Assembly: GCA_034423135.1 (NCBI GenBank)
Contig: DAOUJC010000004.1
Coordinates: 65,738-129,737, forward strand
DNA from: Dehalococcoidia bacterium
GTDB taxonomy: Bacteria; Chloroflexota; Dehalococcoidia; Lucifugimonadales; UBA2985
Direction: 5' to 3'
DNA: 64,000 nucleotides
Below the pieces are notes generated by a model. It saw nothing but the letters and a program-made list of their open reading frames with translations, was not told where the DNA came from and searched no databases. A program made the position numbers and the translations under genes. Numbering within the stretch: the stretch's first letter is position 1; every line of letters starts with the position of its first letter. Positions 18,647-26,640 of this stretch are shown piece after piece.

Positions 18647-19327
18647 ATGAACTCCACACCTCTAGACGGTCTCAGCGGCGACTACCTCTGGCGCAGGGAG
18701 GAATCCGAGGGTAGCTCCTACCCGAACAACCTACGTCTGAGGGTGCATCGCGCCATCAGCTGGATCCAGCGCGCGGAGATGGCCGCAATCGACGGCGACC
18801 CGGACGTTGCCTTCACCTGCTACTGGATCGCGTTCAACGCCGCATACGCCGAAGATACGGCCTACGCAGCCGAGGTTACGGCTCGGGACCTGTTCAGAAA
18901 CTACATCGACAGGATCCTGAGGCTCGATGATGAAGGTGTGATTTATAGCGCCGTATGGAATCGATTCTCGGAACTGGTCAACGACCTGCTGAGCAACAGG
19001 TACGTGTACGAGCCGTTCTGGAAGCACCAGAACGGTGTATCGGGGTTCGATGACTGGGAAGAGCGCCTTCGATACGGCATGCAGTCGATAAACCAGGCTC
19101 GCGCCGGACAGAAGACCGATGCGCTGCTGGCTACATTGTTCGACCGCCTGTACGTGCTGAGGAATCAGATCCTGCACGGCGGCGCAACCTGGAACAGCAG
19201 CGTCAACCGCAAGCAGGTGGATGACGGCGCTGCGATAATGGCGTTCATGATTCCGGCCTTCGTCAGTGTCATGATGGACCACCCGGACGAGCCGTGGGGC
19301 GCCAACCACTATCCCGTTGTGGAGTAG
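18647..19327 (+). CDS. all-helical protein with a HEPN-type R-N-x3-H motif (putative RNase effector)
   Basis: 226-aa ORF. LRNQILHG gives R172/H177 (nt 19160-19177) in the C-terminal third, as expected for the Rx4-6H HEPN signature. The rest looks helical. I recognise no specific subfamily. Confidence 0.6.
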   Translation: MNSTPLDGLSGDYLWRREESEGSSYPNNLRLRVHRAISWIQRAEMAAIDGDPDVAFTCYWIAFNAAYAEDTAYAAEVTARDLFRNYIDRILRLDDEGVIYSAVWNRFSELVNDLLSNRYVYEPFWKHQNGVSGFDDWEERLRYGMQSINQARAGQKTDALLATLFDRLYVLRNQILHGGATWNSSVNRKQVDDGAAIMAFMIPAFVSVMMDHPDEPWGANHYPVVE

Positions 19328-19435
19328 TGAGCCACTGAACTGCGCTGTGGGGAGCACTCAGTAGGCTCCTGGGAAGCACCAACTGGGACCCTATGACCAC
19401 ATGGAGTCTATTGTGAACCGGATGGAGGCATCGAG

Positions 19436-20125
19436 ATGATCATCGTGATTTCATGCGCCGGAAGCAAGGCCGCGAGCGCAGGCAGGATGCGGACGCCGGA
19501 CGGCAGGCCGGTCGAGATCGTGGCGCACCCGCAGCTGATGCAGGAGTCACGGATCGACCCCAACCTCGTCTACGTTTCACCGGACGATCAGTCCGGCTTC
19601 GGCGTGACCTGGCGGGAGAAGCTGGCAAGTTACAACGAAGCGTACAGGCGCACAGGCGGCAACCCCCACGAACTGCTGCCCGCCTTCCGGCTGTACAAGA
19701 ACCGGGTCTATCGTGATCTGGTCGAGAAGTTCGAGCCGGAGAGCGTGTTCATCCTCGCGGCCGGATGGGGGCTCATCCGGTCCGACTACCTCACACCGCA
19801 ATACGACATCACCTTCTCCAGCATGGCGCCGCCCGCGGAAAGGCGGGACTACGCTAGTGACGACGGCTTCAGTGACTACAATGCTCTGGCAGACGTCGAA
19901 GGCCCATTGAACGGCCCTGTTGTCTGCGTTGCCAGCCAAGCCTACCTCCCGTTGTTCCACAAACTGACCGAATCACTCGACTGCGAGAAGCTGGCGTTCT
20001 TCGTCACTAATGTTCCCCCTGATCTTCCCGGGTGCAAGCCAGTGAGATACGACGTCAAGGGAATGGCAAACAACTGGCAGTACAGATGCGCCCGCGACCT
20101 CATTGACGGCAAGCTGGAAGTGTAG
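19436..20125 (+). CDS. DUF6884 / YaaA(DUF328)-like protein
   Basis: 229 aa. The N-terminal strand MIIVISCAGSK plus LPAFRLYKNRVYRDL and VFILAAGWGLIRSDYLTPQYDITFS follow the pattern I recall for DUF6884 (xxCxxxK ... LY ... ILSAkhGL ... PYD.T). YaaA has a related ISPAK ... LSGLYGVLRP ... PY pattern. Confidence 0.5.
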   Translation: MIIVISCAGSKAASAGRMRTPDGRPVEIVAHPQLMQESRIDPNLVYVSPDDQSGFGVTWREKLASYNEAYRRTGGNPHELLPAFRLYKNRVYRDLVEKFEPESVFILAAGWGLIRSDYLTPQYDITFSSMAPPAERRDYASDDGFSDYNALADVEGPLNGPVVCVASQAYLPLFHKLTESLDCEKLAFFVTNVPPDLPGCKPVRYDVKGMANNWQYRCARDLIDGKLEV

Positions 20126-20422
20126 ATGCCTCTGATTTGCCCGCTCCGTTCGGTGCTACGCTCAAGAGTCTTCCGCTGAGCCAGGGCCGCGCTACTTCCC
20201 ACTCCTAATTCTCGTTCAGAAACACGTGGGACCATTAAGGAGGAAATGGAGGGGCCATCCTGGAGGTGAGCTAAAGCAAGAGGAGGCCCCTCATGCGGGT
20301 AGTTGGGCTACCCAAGGTATTGCATCAAGCCGGCCTCGGCGAGAACCACTGCGGAGTCGCTCAGCGACGAAGCGAGAGTGACATAGGGCGCACTGAGCCT
20401 GTGCGGGAGGTTCAAGTGCTGG

Positions 20423-20516
20423 GATAGTGGCGTTCATTATTCCGGCCTTCGTCGGCGTAATGATGAGCCACCCGGATCAGCCTTGGGGCGTCAACCACTT
20501 TCCTGTTGTGGAGTAG
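20423..20516 (+). pseudogene. remnant 3' end of a paralog of the HEPN-motif gene
   Basis: 94 nt align without gaps to 19234-19327, with 81 of 94 identical by hand. In frame it reads IVAFIIPAFVGVMMSHPDQPWGVNHFPVVE-stop, versus IMAFMIPAFVSVMMDHPDEPWGANHYPVVE-stop. Homology fades upstream of about 20415 and there is no upstream ORF. Confidence 0.8.
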
Positions 20517-20584
20517 GGCAGGCGGGCTTGTATGAGAAGAGCGCAACGGGAGTGTGCCTGCTGTAGTAACCTCTGGTGAAGTGA

Positions 20585-21277
20585 CTATCTTCTCTTGTGT
20601 ACTCTGTACAAAGCGCAGTCCATGAACGCGTAAATGCCGGATCGCGGGCTGGGTAACTCTACTTTTGTCCAGCCCTTGGTTCGGATTGCTTCAAGATTGC
20701 GTTCATCTGCGAGGGCTTTCATGGCCCTTTCCACCTCTCTTGTTCCTGTAGCCTCGTAGTCTTTCCTGGTTGGCCACTGTACTTTGAATTCTCTCTTGAT
20801 GGCCTTCTCGTTTTCGTTTACCGAGTTAGGCTCTCGAACGATCATATCCCCGCTCCTGTCTACTGGATAGCACCCGATTGGTGTGATCAGGCAATAGGCT
20901 ATGACTGCCCCGGCATCAAGCACGGCTTTGAGCGAGTCCATATCCTTGGGTAGATGCTCCTTCTTGCGTGTCTTGTTGTTGATCCCGTCTTGATTGGTGA
21001 ACGGAGTCTTGACTTCAACAGCAAAGACAATCTCAGTGTCCCTCAGTGCCACTATGTCGCGCCTAAAGCTTCCCTGGCGGTGTTGCCGTCTTAGTTGGAG
21101 ATCTGCACCGTTCCACCTCTGCTCGCCCAAGAGACGACAGAATTCATCTTCTACGGTGCGCTCATGCTGTCCATTTGGCTGCTCAGCAATCTTGCCAAGA
21201 GGGTGTGAAGTTCCGATCCAGGTGACCAGACCATCGAATGCCTCGCCAACTTGCCTGTCTATTTCTGCCAACCTCAT
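20585..21277 (-). CDS. PD-(D/E)xK-like nuclease-fold protein
   Basis: GGGAGG lies 10 nt upstream of the ATG at 21277. HERTVEDEF, then RRDIVAL, 7 residues, then IVFAVEVK (nt 21008-21058) fits an E...D...ExK restriction-endonuclease-like core. Local G+C is about 50 percent. Confidence 0.5.
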   Translation of the reverse strand: MRLAEIDRQVGEAFDGLVTWIGTSHPLGKIAEQPNGQHERTVEDEFCRLLGEQRWNGADLQLRRQHRQGSFRRDIVALRDTEIVFAVEVKTPFTNQDGINNKTRKKEHLPKDMDSLKAVLDAGAVIAYCLITPIGCYPVDRSGDMIVREPNSVNENEKAIKREFKVQWPTRKDYEATGTREVERAMKALADERNLEAIRTKGWTKVELPSPRSGIYAFMDCALYRVHKRR

Positions 21278-21448
21278 CGAAATTTCGCCTCCCACTAAGT
21301 CTTCCCATAAACAAAGTAGATTGCATGATAACATCTCTAAGGCGCGTTCAATCCCACACCTGTGTGCTTTGCGCCATGTATCGATCTATGATACACTTTG
21401 CGCGAGTGAGCGCCACGTGGAGGATTCCAACTTGCTCAGGGATTACAA

Positions 21449-21685
21449 ATGCCGACTGTGGTCATTGACGGACAGTTCCGTTTTGTCGTCAACACCAAAG
21501 AGAACAGCTTCGAGCCTCCTCACGTACACGTCTGGGTTGGCGGTGAGGATGTGTGCCGCATCGAGTTGAACGGAGGGACCTATATGGACGATCCTCCACC
21601 CGGCAACTTCAGGGACATTATGCGGGTGTACGCAAGGTATGCAGAGGACATCAGAAGCACGTGGGACGCAATTCACGGAGGTTAG
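21449..21685 (+). CDS. DUF4160-domain protein (toxin-like partner of DUF2442)
   Basis: 78 aa. FRFVVNTKENSFEPPHVHVWVGGEDVCRIEL matches the DUF4160 E-PPH-H pattern. Confidence 0.8.
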   Translation: MPTVVIDGQFRFVVNTKENSFEPPHVHVWVGGEDVCRIELNGGTYMDDPPPGNFRDIMRVYARYAEDIRSTWDAIHGG

Positions 21686-21690
21686 CCGGT

Positions 21691-22203
21691 GTGAACGCCG
21701 TTTTGGTAAAGAACGCCAACAGGATGATGATGGTAGCCGGTCTGTGGGGCGATGGAATTGAGGTTAGCTTCGCAGACGGGTGCAGGGGACTGATACCCTT
21801 TGCCGTGCTGCCCGAGGTCGAGGGGGGAGCGAGCTTGTCTTCCATCGAGCTACCAAACCCGTATGAGATGATCCTGGAGACTGCCGGGGGAGATCGTATA
21901 GAGGTGCCCTGGGACTTCGCACGCCACTACTGCGACGAGTCCTATCGGCCAATGGTAGAGGCGATGGCTATGCAAGGTCGGCAGACACTCGGTCAGCGCA
22001 TCCGCCGGCTCAGGAAGGCGGCGGGCTTTACCCAGGAAACCCTAGCCCGCGCGGCGGACGTTGGTAGAGTTACCCTGGTACGGCTCGAAAACGGGGAGCA
22101 GACGCCCAGGTACAGCACACTGAGCGCAATTGCAGGGGCACTTGGCAGGAACGTCCAAGAGCTTCTGGTGGACTCGGAGTTGCTCCCTAGCTCCGCGCCT
22201 TGA
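21691..22203 (+). CDS. DUF2442 domain fused to an XRE-type helix-turn-helix
   Basis: The GTG at 21691 is 9 nt after GGAGG and 5 nt after the DUF4160 stop. GIEVSFADGCRGLIPFAVLP is DUF2442-like. LGQRIRRLRKAAGFTQETLARAADVGRVTLVRLENGEQTPRYSTLSAIAGAL is a classic HTH_XRE. Confidence 0.75.
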   Translation: MNAVLVKNANRMMMVAGLWGDGIEVSFADGCRGLIPFAVLPEVEGGASLSSIELPNPYEMILETAGGDRIEVPWDFARHYCDESYRPMVEAMAMQGRQTLGQRIRRLRKAAGFTQETLARAADVGRVTLVRLENGEQTPRYSTLSAIAGALGRNVQELLVDSELLPSSAP

Positions 22204-22235
22204 CGCACGTTGCCGCATGTGCTAGTGTTCCCGCT

Positions 22236-22500
22236 AACGGCGAAGACGGAGACGAGTAGGGAGGCCTCCCTCGTTCAGCGAGCCTGGTACGGTGCAAGCA
22301 GGCATGAAGGGCCCTCCCGAATATCCCTCCTGAGCCGCCCGCCGAACGCCCCAGAGGGGCTTGTAGACCGGGCCGGGGTCGCTCCCGTTAGAAGAGGCGC
22401 GGGCGTGTTGGCGCCTAGTCATCAGAGTGCTCCGCTTGTCGGGGAATAAGGGTGGTACCGCGGGTCTTTGTGTCCCGTCCCTTTGGGGGCGGGATTTTTG
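22236..22500 (+). ncRNA. T-box leader (tRNA-sensing riboswitch) upstream of cimA
   Basis: Stem I elements are AGACGAGUA (22249-22257), a distal CAGCGAGCCUGGUACGGUGCAAGC, and the 3' side of the specifier loop GAAUAUCC (22319-22326). The canonical T-box sequence AAUAAGGGUGGUACCGCGGG is at 22446-22465. A terminator hairpin and U-run follow. Confidence 0.8.
22472..22498 (+). terminator. T-box terminator hairpin
   Basis: GTCCCGTCCC-TTTG-GGGGCGGGAT followed by TTTTTG, 20 nt upstream of the cimA ATG. Its 5' arm can alternatively pair into the antiterminator with the T-box sequence. Confidence 0.7.
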
Positions 22501-22518
22501 CGTTAAACGGGGGAAGGC

Positions 22519-24105
22519 ATGGAGATACAGCTTTATGACACAACGTTGAGGGACGGCGCTCAGCAGGAGGGGATTTCACTCTCCGCTGAGGACAAGGTCA
22601 AGATTACCCAGAGGCTGGATGAACTGGGAGTCCACTACGTGGAGGGCGGCTGGCCGGGCTCCAACCCCAAGGACGCTGAGTACTTTCGGCGAGTGAAGGG
22701 CCTGTCGCTCTGTAACGCGCAGGTCGCGGCCTTCGGTAGCACGCGTAGAGCGGGTGTCCGCGTGGAGGACGACGGCAACGTGCAGGCGCTCATGGCGGCC
22801 GAAACGCCGGTCGTCACGCTGGTGGGCAAGAGCTCCGACCTCCATGTACACAAGGTGCTGGAGACCACGCTGGAGGAGAACCTCGCCATGATCGCCGATA
22901 CCGTGGCCTACTTCAAGCGCCACGGCCGCACCGTCTTCTACGATGCCGAGCACTTCTTCGACGGGTACAAGGCGAACGCCGATTACGCGCTCCAGACGCT
23001 CTGCGCCGCCGCCGATGCCGGCGCCGACTGCCTGGTGCTGTGCGACACTAACGGCGGACTCCTCACCGGGGAACTCACGGAGATTGTGGCCCGCGTTCGC
23101 AGCGAGCTCCCAACGCCACTGGGCATCCACTGCCACAACGACGCCGACGTGGCCGTTGCCAACTCGCTCGCCGCGATCATGGCGGGCGTGGTACAGGTGC
23201 AGGGCACCATCAACGGCTACGGCGAACGCTGTGGCAATGCCAACCTGCTTTCCGTCATCGCCAATCTCAAAGTGAAAATGGGCATCGACTGCGTCACCGA
23301 CGAACAGCTGGCTGGCCTGGCGGAGACCTCGCACTACGTCAGCGAGATCGTCAACATTCCGCCCAACGGGCAGCAGCCCTACGTTGGAGCGAGTGCATTC
23401 AGCCACAAGGGAGGCCTGCACGCGGCGGCGGTCGCCAAGATAGAGGAGAGCTACCAGCACATCTCACCGGAGCGCGTCGGTAACGCGAATCGCGTGGTGA
23501 TCTCGGAGCTGTCAGGCCGCGGAAACATCCAGATGCGCCTGCGCGAGCTTGGCCTCGCTGAGCGCGTTAGCCGCGACCAGGTGGGAGCTCTCCTGGAGCG
23601 CCTGAAGGAGCAGGAGAGCAAGGGGTTCCAGTACGAGGGCGCGGAGGCCTCATTCGAGCTGATGGTGAGGCGCAGCCTAGAGGGGTACCAGCCTCCCTTC
23701 GATCTTCTGGAGTTGATGGTGCTGGTGGAGGACCGCCGCGGCGGCTTGCAGAACGGCCACGAGGAGATGATGTCCGAGGCGGTGGTCAAGGTGAAGGTGG
23801 GGTCGCAGATGTTGCACACGGCCGCGGAGGGCAACGGCCCGGTGAACGCGATGGACAACGCCCTGCGAAAGGCGCTGCTGGAGTTCTACCCGTCGCTGGA
23901 CGCCGTGCGGCTGATCGACTACAAGGTGCGCGTGGTAGACCAGGGCCAGGACACTCGGGCAGTCGTGCGTGTGCTCATCGAGTCGACGGACGGGCGAGGT
24001 CAGTGGCAGACAGTCGGCTCATCCGGCAACATCATCGAGGCCAGTTGGACGGCTCTGGCGGACAGCCTGGAATACTTCCTGCTGCACCACAACGGGGAGT
24101 CCTGA
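22519..24105 (+). CDS. cimA: (R)-citramalate synthase (LeuA/CimA family)
   Basis: LYDTTLRDGAQQEG, HCHNDADVAVANSLAA, and a C-terminal LeuA-dimer-type regulatory domain. The 528-aa length and N-terminus resemble the CimA clade more than LeuA. Confidence 0.85.
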   Translation: MEIQLYDTTLRDGAQQEGISLSAEDKVKITQRLDELGVHYVEGGWPGSNPKDAEYFRRVKGLSLCNAQVAAFGSTRRAGVRVEDDGNVQALMAAETPVVTLVGKSSDLHVHKVLETTLEENLAMIADTVAYFKRHGRTVFYDAEHFFDGYKANADYALQTLCAAADAGADCLVLCDTNGGLLTGELTEIVARVRSELPTPLGIHCHNDADVAVANSLAAIMAGVVQVQGTINGYGERCGNANLLSVIANLKVKMGIDCVTDEQLAGLAETSHYVSEIVNIPPNGQQPYVGASAFSHKGGLHAAAVAKIEESYQHISPERVGNANRVVISELSGRGNIQMRLRELGLAERVSRDQVGALLERLKEQESKGFQYEGAEASFELMVRRSLEGYQPPFDLLELMVLVEDRRGGLQNGHEEMMSEAVVKVKVGSQMLHTAAEGNGPVNAMDNALRKALLEFYPSLDAVRLIDYKVRVVDQGQDTRAVVRVLIESTDGRGQWQTVGSSGNIIEASWTALADSLEYFLLHHNGES

Positions 24106-24119
24106 CCAGCGCGGACGAC

Positions 24120-25052
24120 CTACCACCAGGCCGTCTCGTCCGGGTCCAGCTTTCGGGCCTCCATCTCGTCCAGCCACGGGCCGGCCGAAAGGTACTTCCA
24201 GCCGCCATCGGCGAAGATGACCACGATGTTGCCTTCGTCCATTCGCTGCGCGACCCTCTGCGCGCAGCTCAGCACGGCCCCTGAGGACACCCCCGCGAAT
24301 ATACCCTCATTCTCGAGGACAAGGCGGGCCCATCGGAAGGCCTCCTCCGTGTCGACGAGGAACCTGCCGCTCAGCATGTCGAGGTCAAGAAGCGGCGGCA
24401 CGTAGCCCTCCTGCAGGTTTCGCAGGCCCTGCAGCTGCTCTCCCATCCTGGACTCCACGCCGACGATACGCGTGGCGGGGTTCCGCTCCCGCAGCCTGCG
24501 CCCAACGCCCATGAGCGTGCCGCCCGTGCCAATGCCGGACACAAATGCGTCTACGCGGGGAAGCGCATCGAGGATCTCCGGCCCTGTGGTGTCGTAGTGG
24601 GCCTGCAGGTTTGCGGAGCTCTCGAATTGCCGGGTGTTGAACAGCCCCTCTTCCCGGCTCAGGCGCTCCGCCATTTCGATTGCGCCCTTCATGCCGGCCA
24701 TCGGCTCGCTCCACACCACCTCGGCGCCAAACGTGGCCAGCAGCTCCGCCATGCCGGGCGTGGTCCTGCGGAGCATCACCACCTTCAGGCCGTAGCCGCG
24801 CTGCTTGGCGATCAGGGCCAGCGCCAGGGCGGTGTTTCCAGTGCTGGCCTCCACCAGGGTACTGCCGGGAGCCAGTGCGCCGCGCTTCTCGGCATCGCTC
24901 ACCAGGTAGAGGGCCACGCGGTCCTTGATGCTGCCGGTGGGGTTGTGACCCTCCAGCTTTGCGAAGATTCGCACGCCCGGCTTGGGGCTCATGCGGGTGA
25001 GCTCGACGAGCGGGGTGTTTCCAACGTAGTCCAGGATGGTCTTAGACTGCAT
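24120..25052 (-). CDS. PLP-dependent cysteine synthase family protein (CysK/CysM-like)
   Basis: GSIKDR (PLP lysine), STGNTA, GIGTGGTL. The start is taken at MQSKTILDYVGNTPLVEL (ATG 25052). The longer ORF to 25196 would cover the rpsP promoter. Confidence 0.85.
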   Translation of the reverse strand: MQSKTILDYVGNTPLVELTRMSPKPGVRIFAKLEGHNPTGSIKDRVALYLVSDAEKRGALAPGSTLVEASTGNTALALALIAKQRGYGLKVVMLRRTTPGMAELLATFGAEVVWSEPMAGMKGAIEMAERLSREEGLFNTRQFESSANLQAHYDTTGPEILDALPRVDAFVSGIGTGGTLMGVGRRLRERNPATRIVGVESRMGEQLQGLRNLQEGYVPPLLDLDMLSGRFLVDTEEAFRWARLVLENEGIFAGVSSGAVLSCAQRVAQRMDEGNIVVIFADGGWKYLSAGPWLDEMEARKLDPDETAWW

Positions 25053-25175
25053 GATCACTGCGTCTGGCGAAGATGGCGAACGGTGAGATGATACCCGATG
25101 TGCGGGCACATCGGAACCCCGCAGCGCCGGTCGAGCGTCGCTAACGTTTAGGGATGGAGGCTCGCTTTGGGAATG

Positions 25176-25205
25176 TTGACAATTGAGACTGCCCACAACT
25201 AGAAT
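25176..25205 (+). promoter_or_regulatory. sigma-70-type promoter of the rpsP operon
   Basis: TTGACA (25176-25181), an 18-nt spacer, then TAGAAT (25200-25205), about 50 nt upstream of rpsP. Confidence 0.55.
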
Positions 25206-25255
25206 ATTTGAATTCGCAGGAGATGCCCGTAAGCTAATCTCACAAAGTAGGCCAG

Positions 25256-25513
25256 ATGCTCAGAATTCGATTACGCAGGATAGGCGCCAAGAAGAAGCCA
25301 AGCTATCGCATAGTCGTAGCGGACTCGCGATCGCCGCGTGACGGCATGGTCGTAGACCAGGTGGGCCACTACGATCCACTCACAAACCCGCCCACCGTAA
25401 CACTGGACGAAGAGAAGGTGACCAAGTGGCTCAGGTCGGGGGCACAGCCCTCAGCCCCTGTGGAGGGAATGCTGAAGAGGTCGGGAGTACTTGAAAGGCT
25501 GAAGTCGGAATGA
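25256..25513 (+). CDS. rpsP: 30S ribosomal protein S16
   Basis: MLRIRLRRIGAKKKPSYRIVVADSRSPRDG. Confidence 0.97.
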   Translation: MLRIRLRRIGAKKKPSYRIVVADSRSPRDGMVVDQVGHYDPLTNPPTVTLDEEKVTKWLRSGAQPSAPVEGMLKRSGVLERLKSE

Positions 25514-25740
25514 AAGAGCTGATCGAGTACATCGCAAAGTCGCTTGCCTCGAATCCTGACGAGGTGAAGGTCACCGAGGAGTCGAACGAGGAAGGCCAGG
25601 TTCTCCTGAAGCTGGAGGTGGCGGAGGAGGATAAGGGCAAGATCATCGGCAGGCAGGGCAGGGTTGCCGAGGCCATGCGGGTGCTGCTCCGGGTGCGTGC
25701 GGTCAAGGAGGACACGCGGGCCAGCCTCGAGATAGTCTAG
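25510..25740 (+). CDS. KH-domain RNA-binding protein (YlqC family)
   Basis: 76 aa with GKIIGRQGRVAEAMR. It has a 4-nt overlap with rpsP and the conserved position between rpsP and rimM. Confidence 0.9.
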   Translation: MKELIEYIAKSLASNPDEVKVTEESNEEGQVLLKLEVAEEDKGKIIGRQGRVAEAMRVLLRVRAVKEDTRASLEIV

Positions 25741-25757
25741 CCTACGGGTTCACCCTC

Positions 25758-26327
25758 TTGTTTGACTCATCCGGCAAGCAGGCCGGCACTCGCTACACGG
25801 GCGTGACCGGTGCACCGGGAAGCCCAACCAGCAGCCAACCCCAAACGGCCATCGTCGGCGTTGTCGTCGGGTCGTGGGGCAACAGGGGCGAGGTCCGGGT
25901 CCAACCGCACACTGACAACCCGCGCCGGTTTACCAAGGGCGACCGCCTCATGGCAGCCGGCCGAGCCCTGCTCTCCGAGGGCCGGAGGCTGCACAAGGGC
26001 ATGCCTCTCGTGAAGTTCCAGGGCATCGATTCGCGCGAAGACGCCGAGCTGCTCACGGGCGTGGAGCTTGAGGTGCCCGTCGAGCAGGTGCCTCCCCTGC
26101 CGGACGGCACCTACTACCACTTCCAGATCCTGGACATGGAGGTGTGGACGTCAGGGGGGGAGCTTCTGGGCATCGTGGAGGACATACTGAGCACCGGCAG
26201 CAATGACGTGTACGTGGTTCGCACCGGCGACGGAGAGGTTCTGGTGCCGGCCATCGAAGATGTGGTGCTTCAGGTGGACGTGGATGGGGGACGGCTCAAG
26301 GTTGATCTGCCTGACGGGCTTCGGTGA
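25758..26327 (+). CDS. rimM: 16S rRNA processing protein RimM
   Basis: GVVVGSWGNRGEVRVQPHTDNP, and a PRC-barrel part YHFQILDMEVWT...NDVYVV. The TTG start is uncertain. Confidence 0.85.
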   Translation: MFDSSGKQAGTRYTGVTGAPGSPTSSQPQTAIVGVVVGSWGNRGEVRVQPHTDNPRRFTKGDRLMAAGRALLSEGRRLHKGMPLVKFQGIDSREDAELLTGVELEVPVEQVPPLPDGTYYHFQILDMEVWTSGGELLGIVEDILSTGSNDVYVVRTGDGEVLVPAIEDVVLQVDVDGGRLKVDLPDGLR

Positions 26328-26409
26328 CACCGCTCTAATCTTCACTCGTACATCCCACTCAGATGTTCAGACAGCTCCAGGGAGCCTCCTGATTTTGGCA
26401 GGCAAGGTA

Positions 26410-26640
26410 ATCATCCCGCTCATGGTGAGCCTGTCGAACCACATGAGTGGGATGATTAGGGACTTAGTTGCCCCCGCTCAATTCCTTCGACATGCTCAGG
26501 ATGAGCGGGAACGAAGAGCCAATCACCAATCTGCCCACTCCCATATCAAGATGCCCGCTTGGATATCCTGATAGCCGAAAGACCCTGCACCGGTCCATAG
26601 CCGTTTTGACCTCGCTCAGGCCCAATGGTAGAATTCGGTT
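26410..26640. repeat. cluster of family-1 hairpin repeats plus conserved tail
   Basis: ATCATCCCGCTCA-TGGTGAGCCTGTCGAACCACA-TGAGTGGGATGAT (26410-26456). CCCGCTCA...TGAGCGGG (26473-26509). Tail ATAGCCGAAAGACCCT (26571-26586). Confidence 0.8.

Noticed and set aside
20246-20269. Mini-ORF MEGPSWR preceded by a strong TAAGGAGG in the spacer after the DUF6884-like gene.
   Set aside because: Seven codons is too short to support. It is probably the fossil ribosome-binding site and start of a gene destroyed in the rearrangement that left the 20423-20516 remnant.
26410-26640. CRISPR array hypothesis for the clustered CCCGCTCA/TGAGCGGG repeats.
   Set aside because: The units are inverted rather than direct. 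Spacing is irregular, the sequences between them are conserved between loci, and there are no cas genes.
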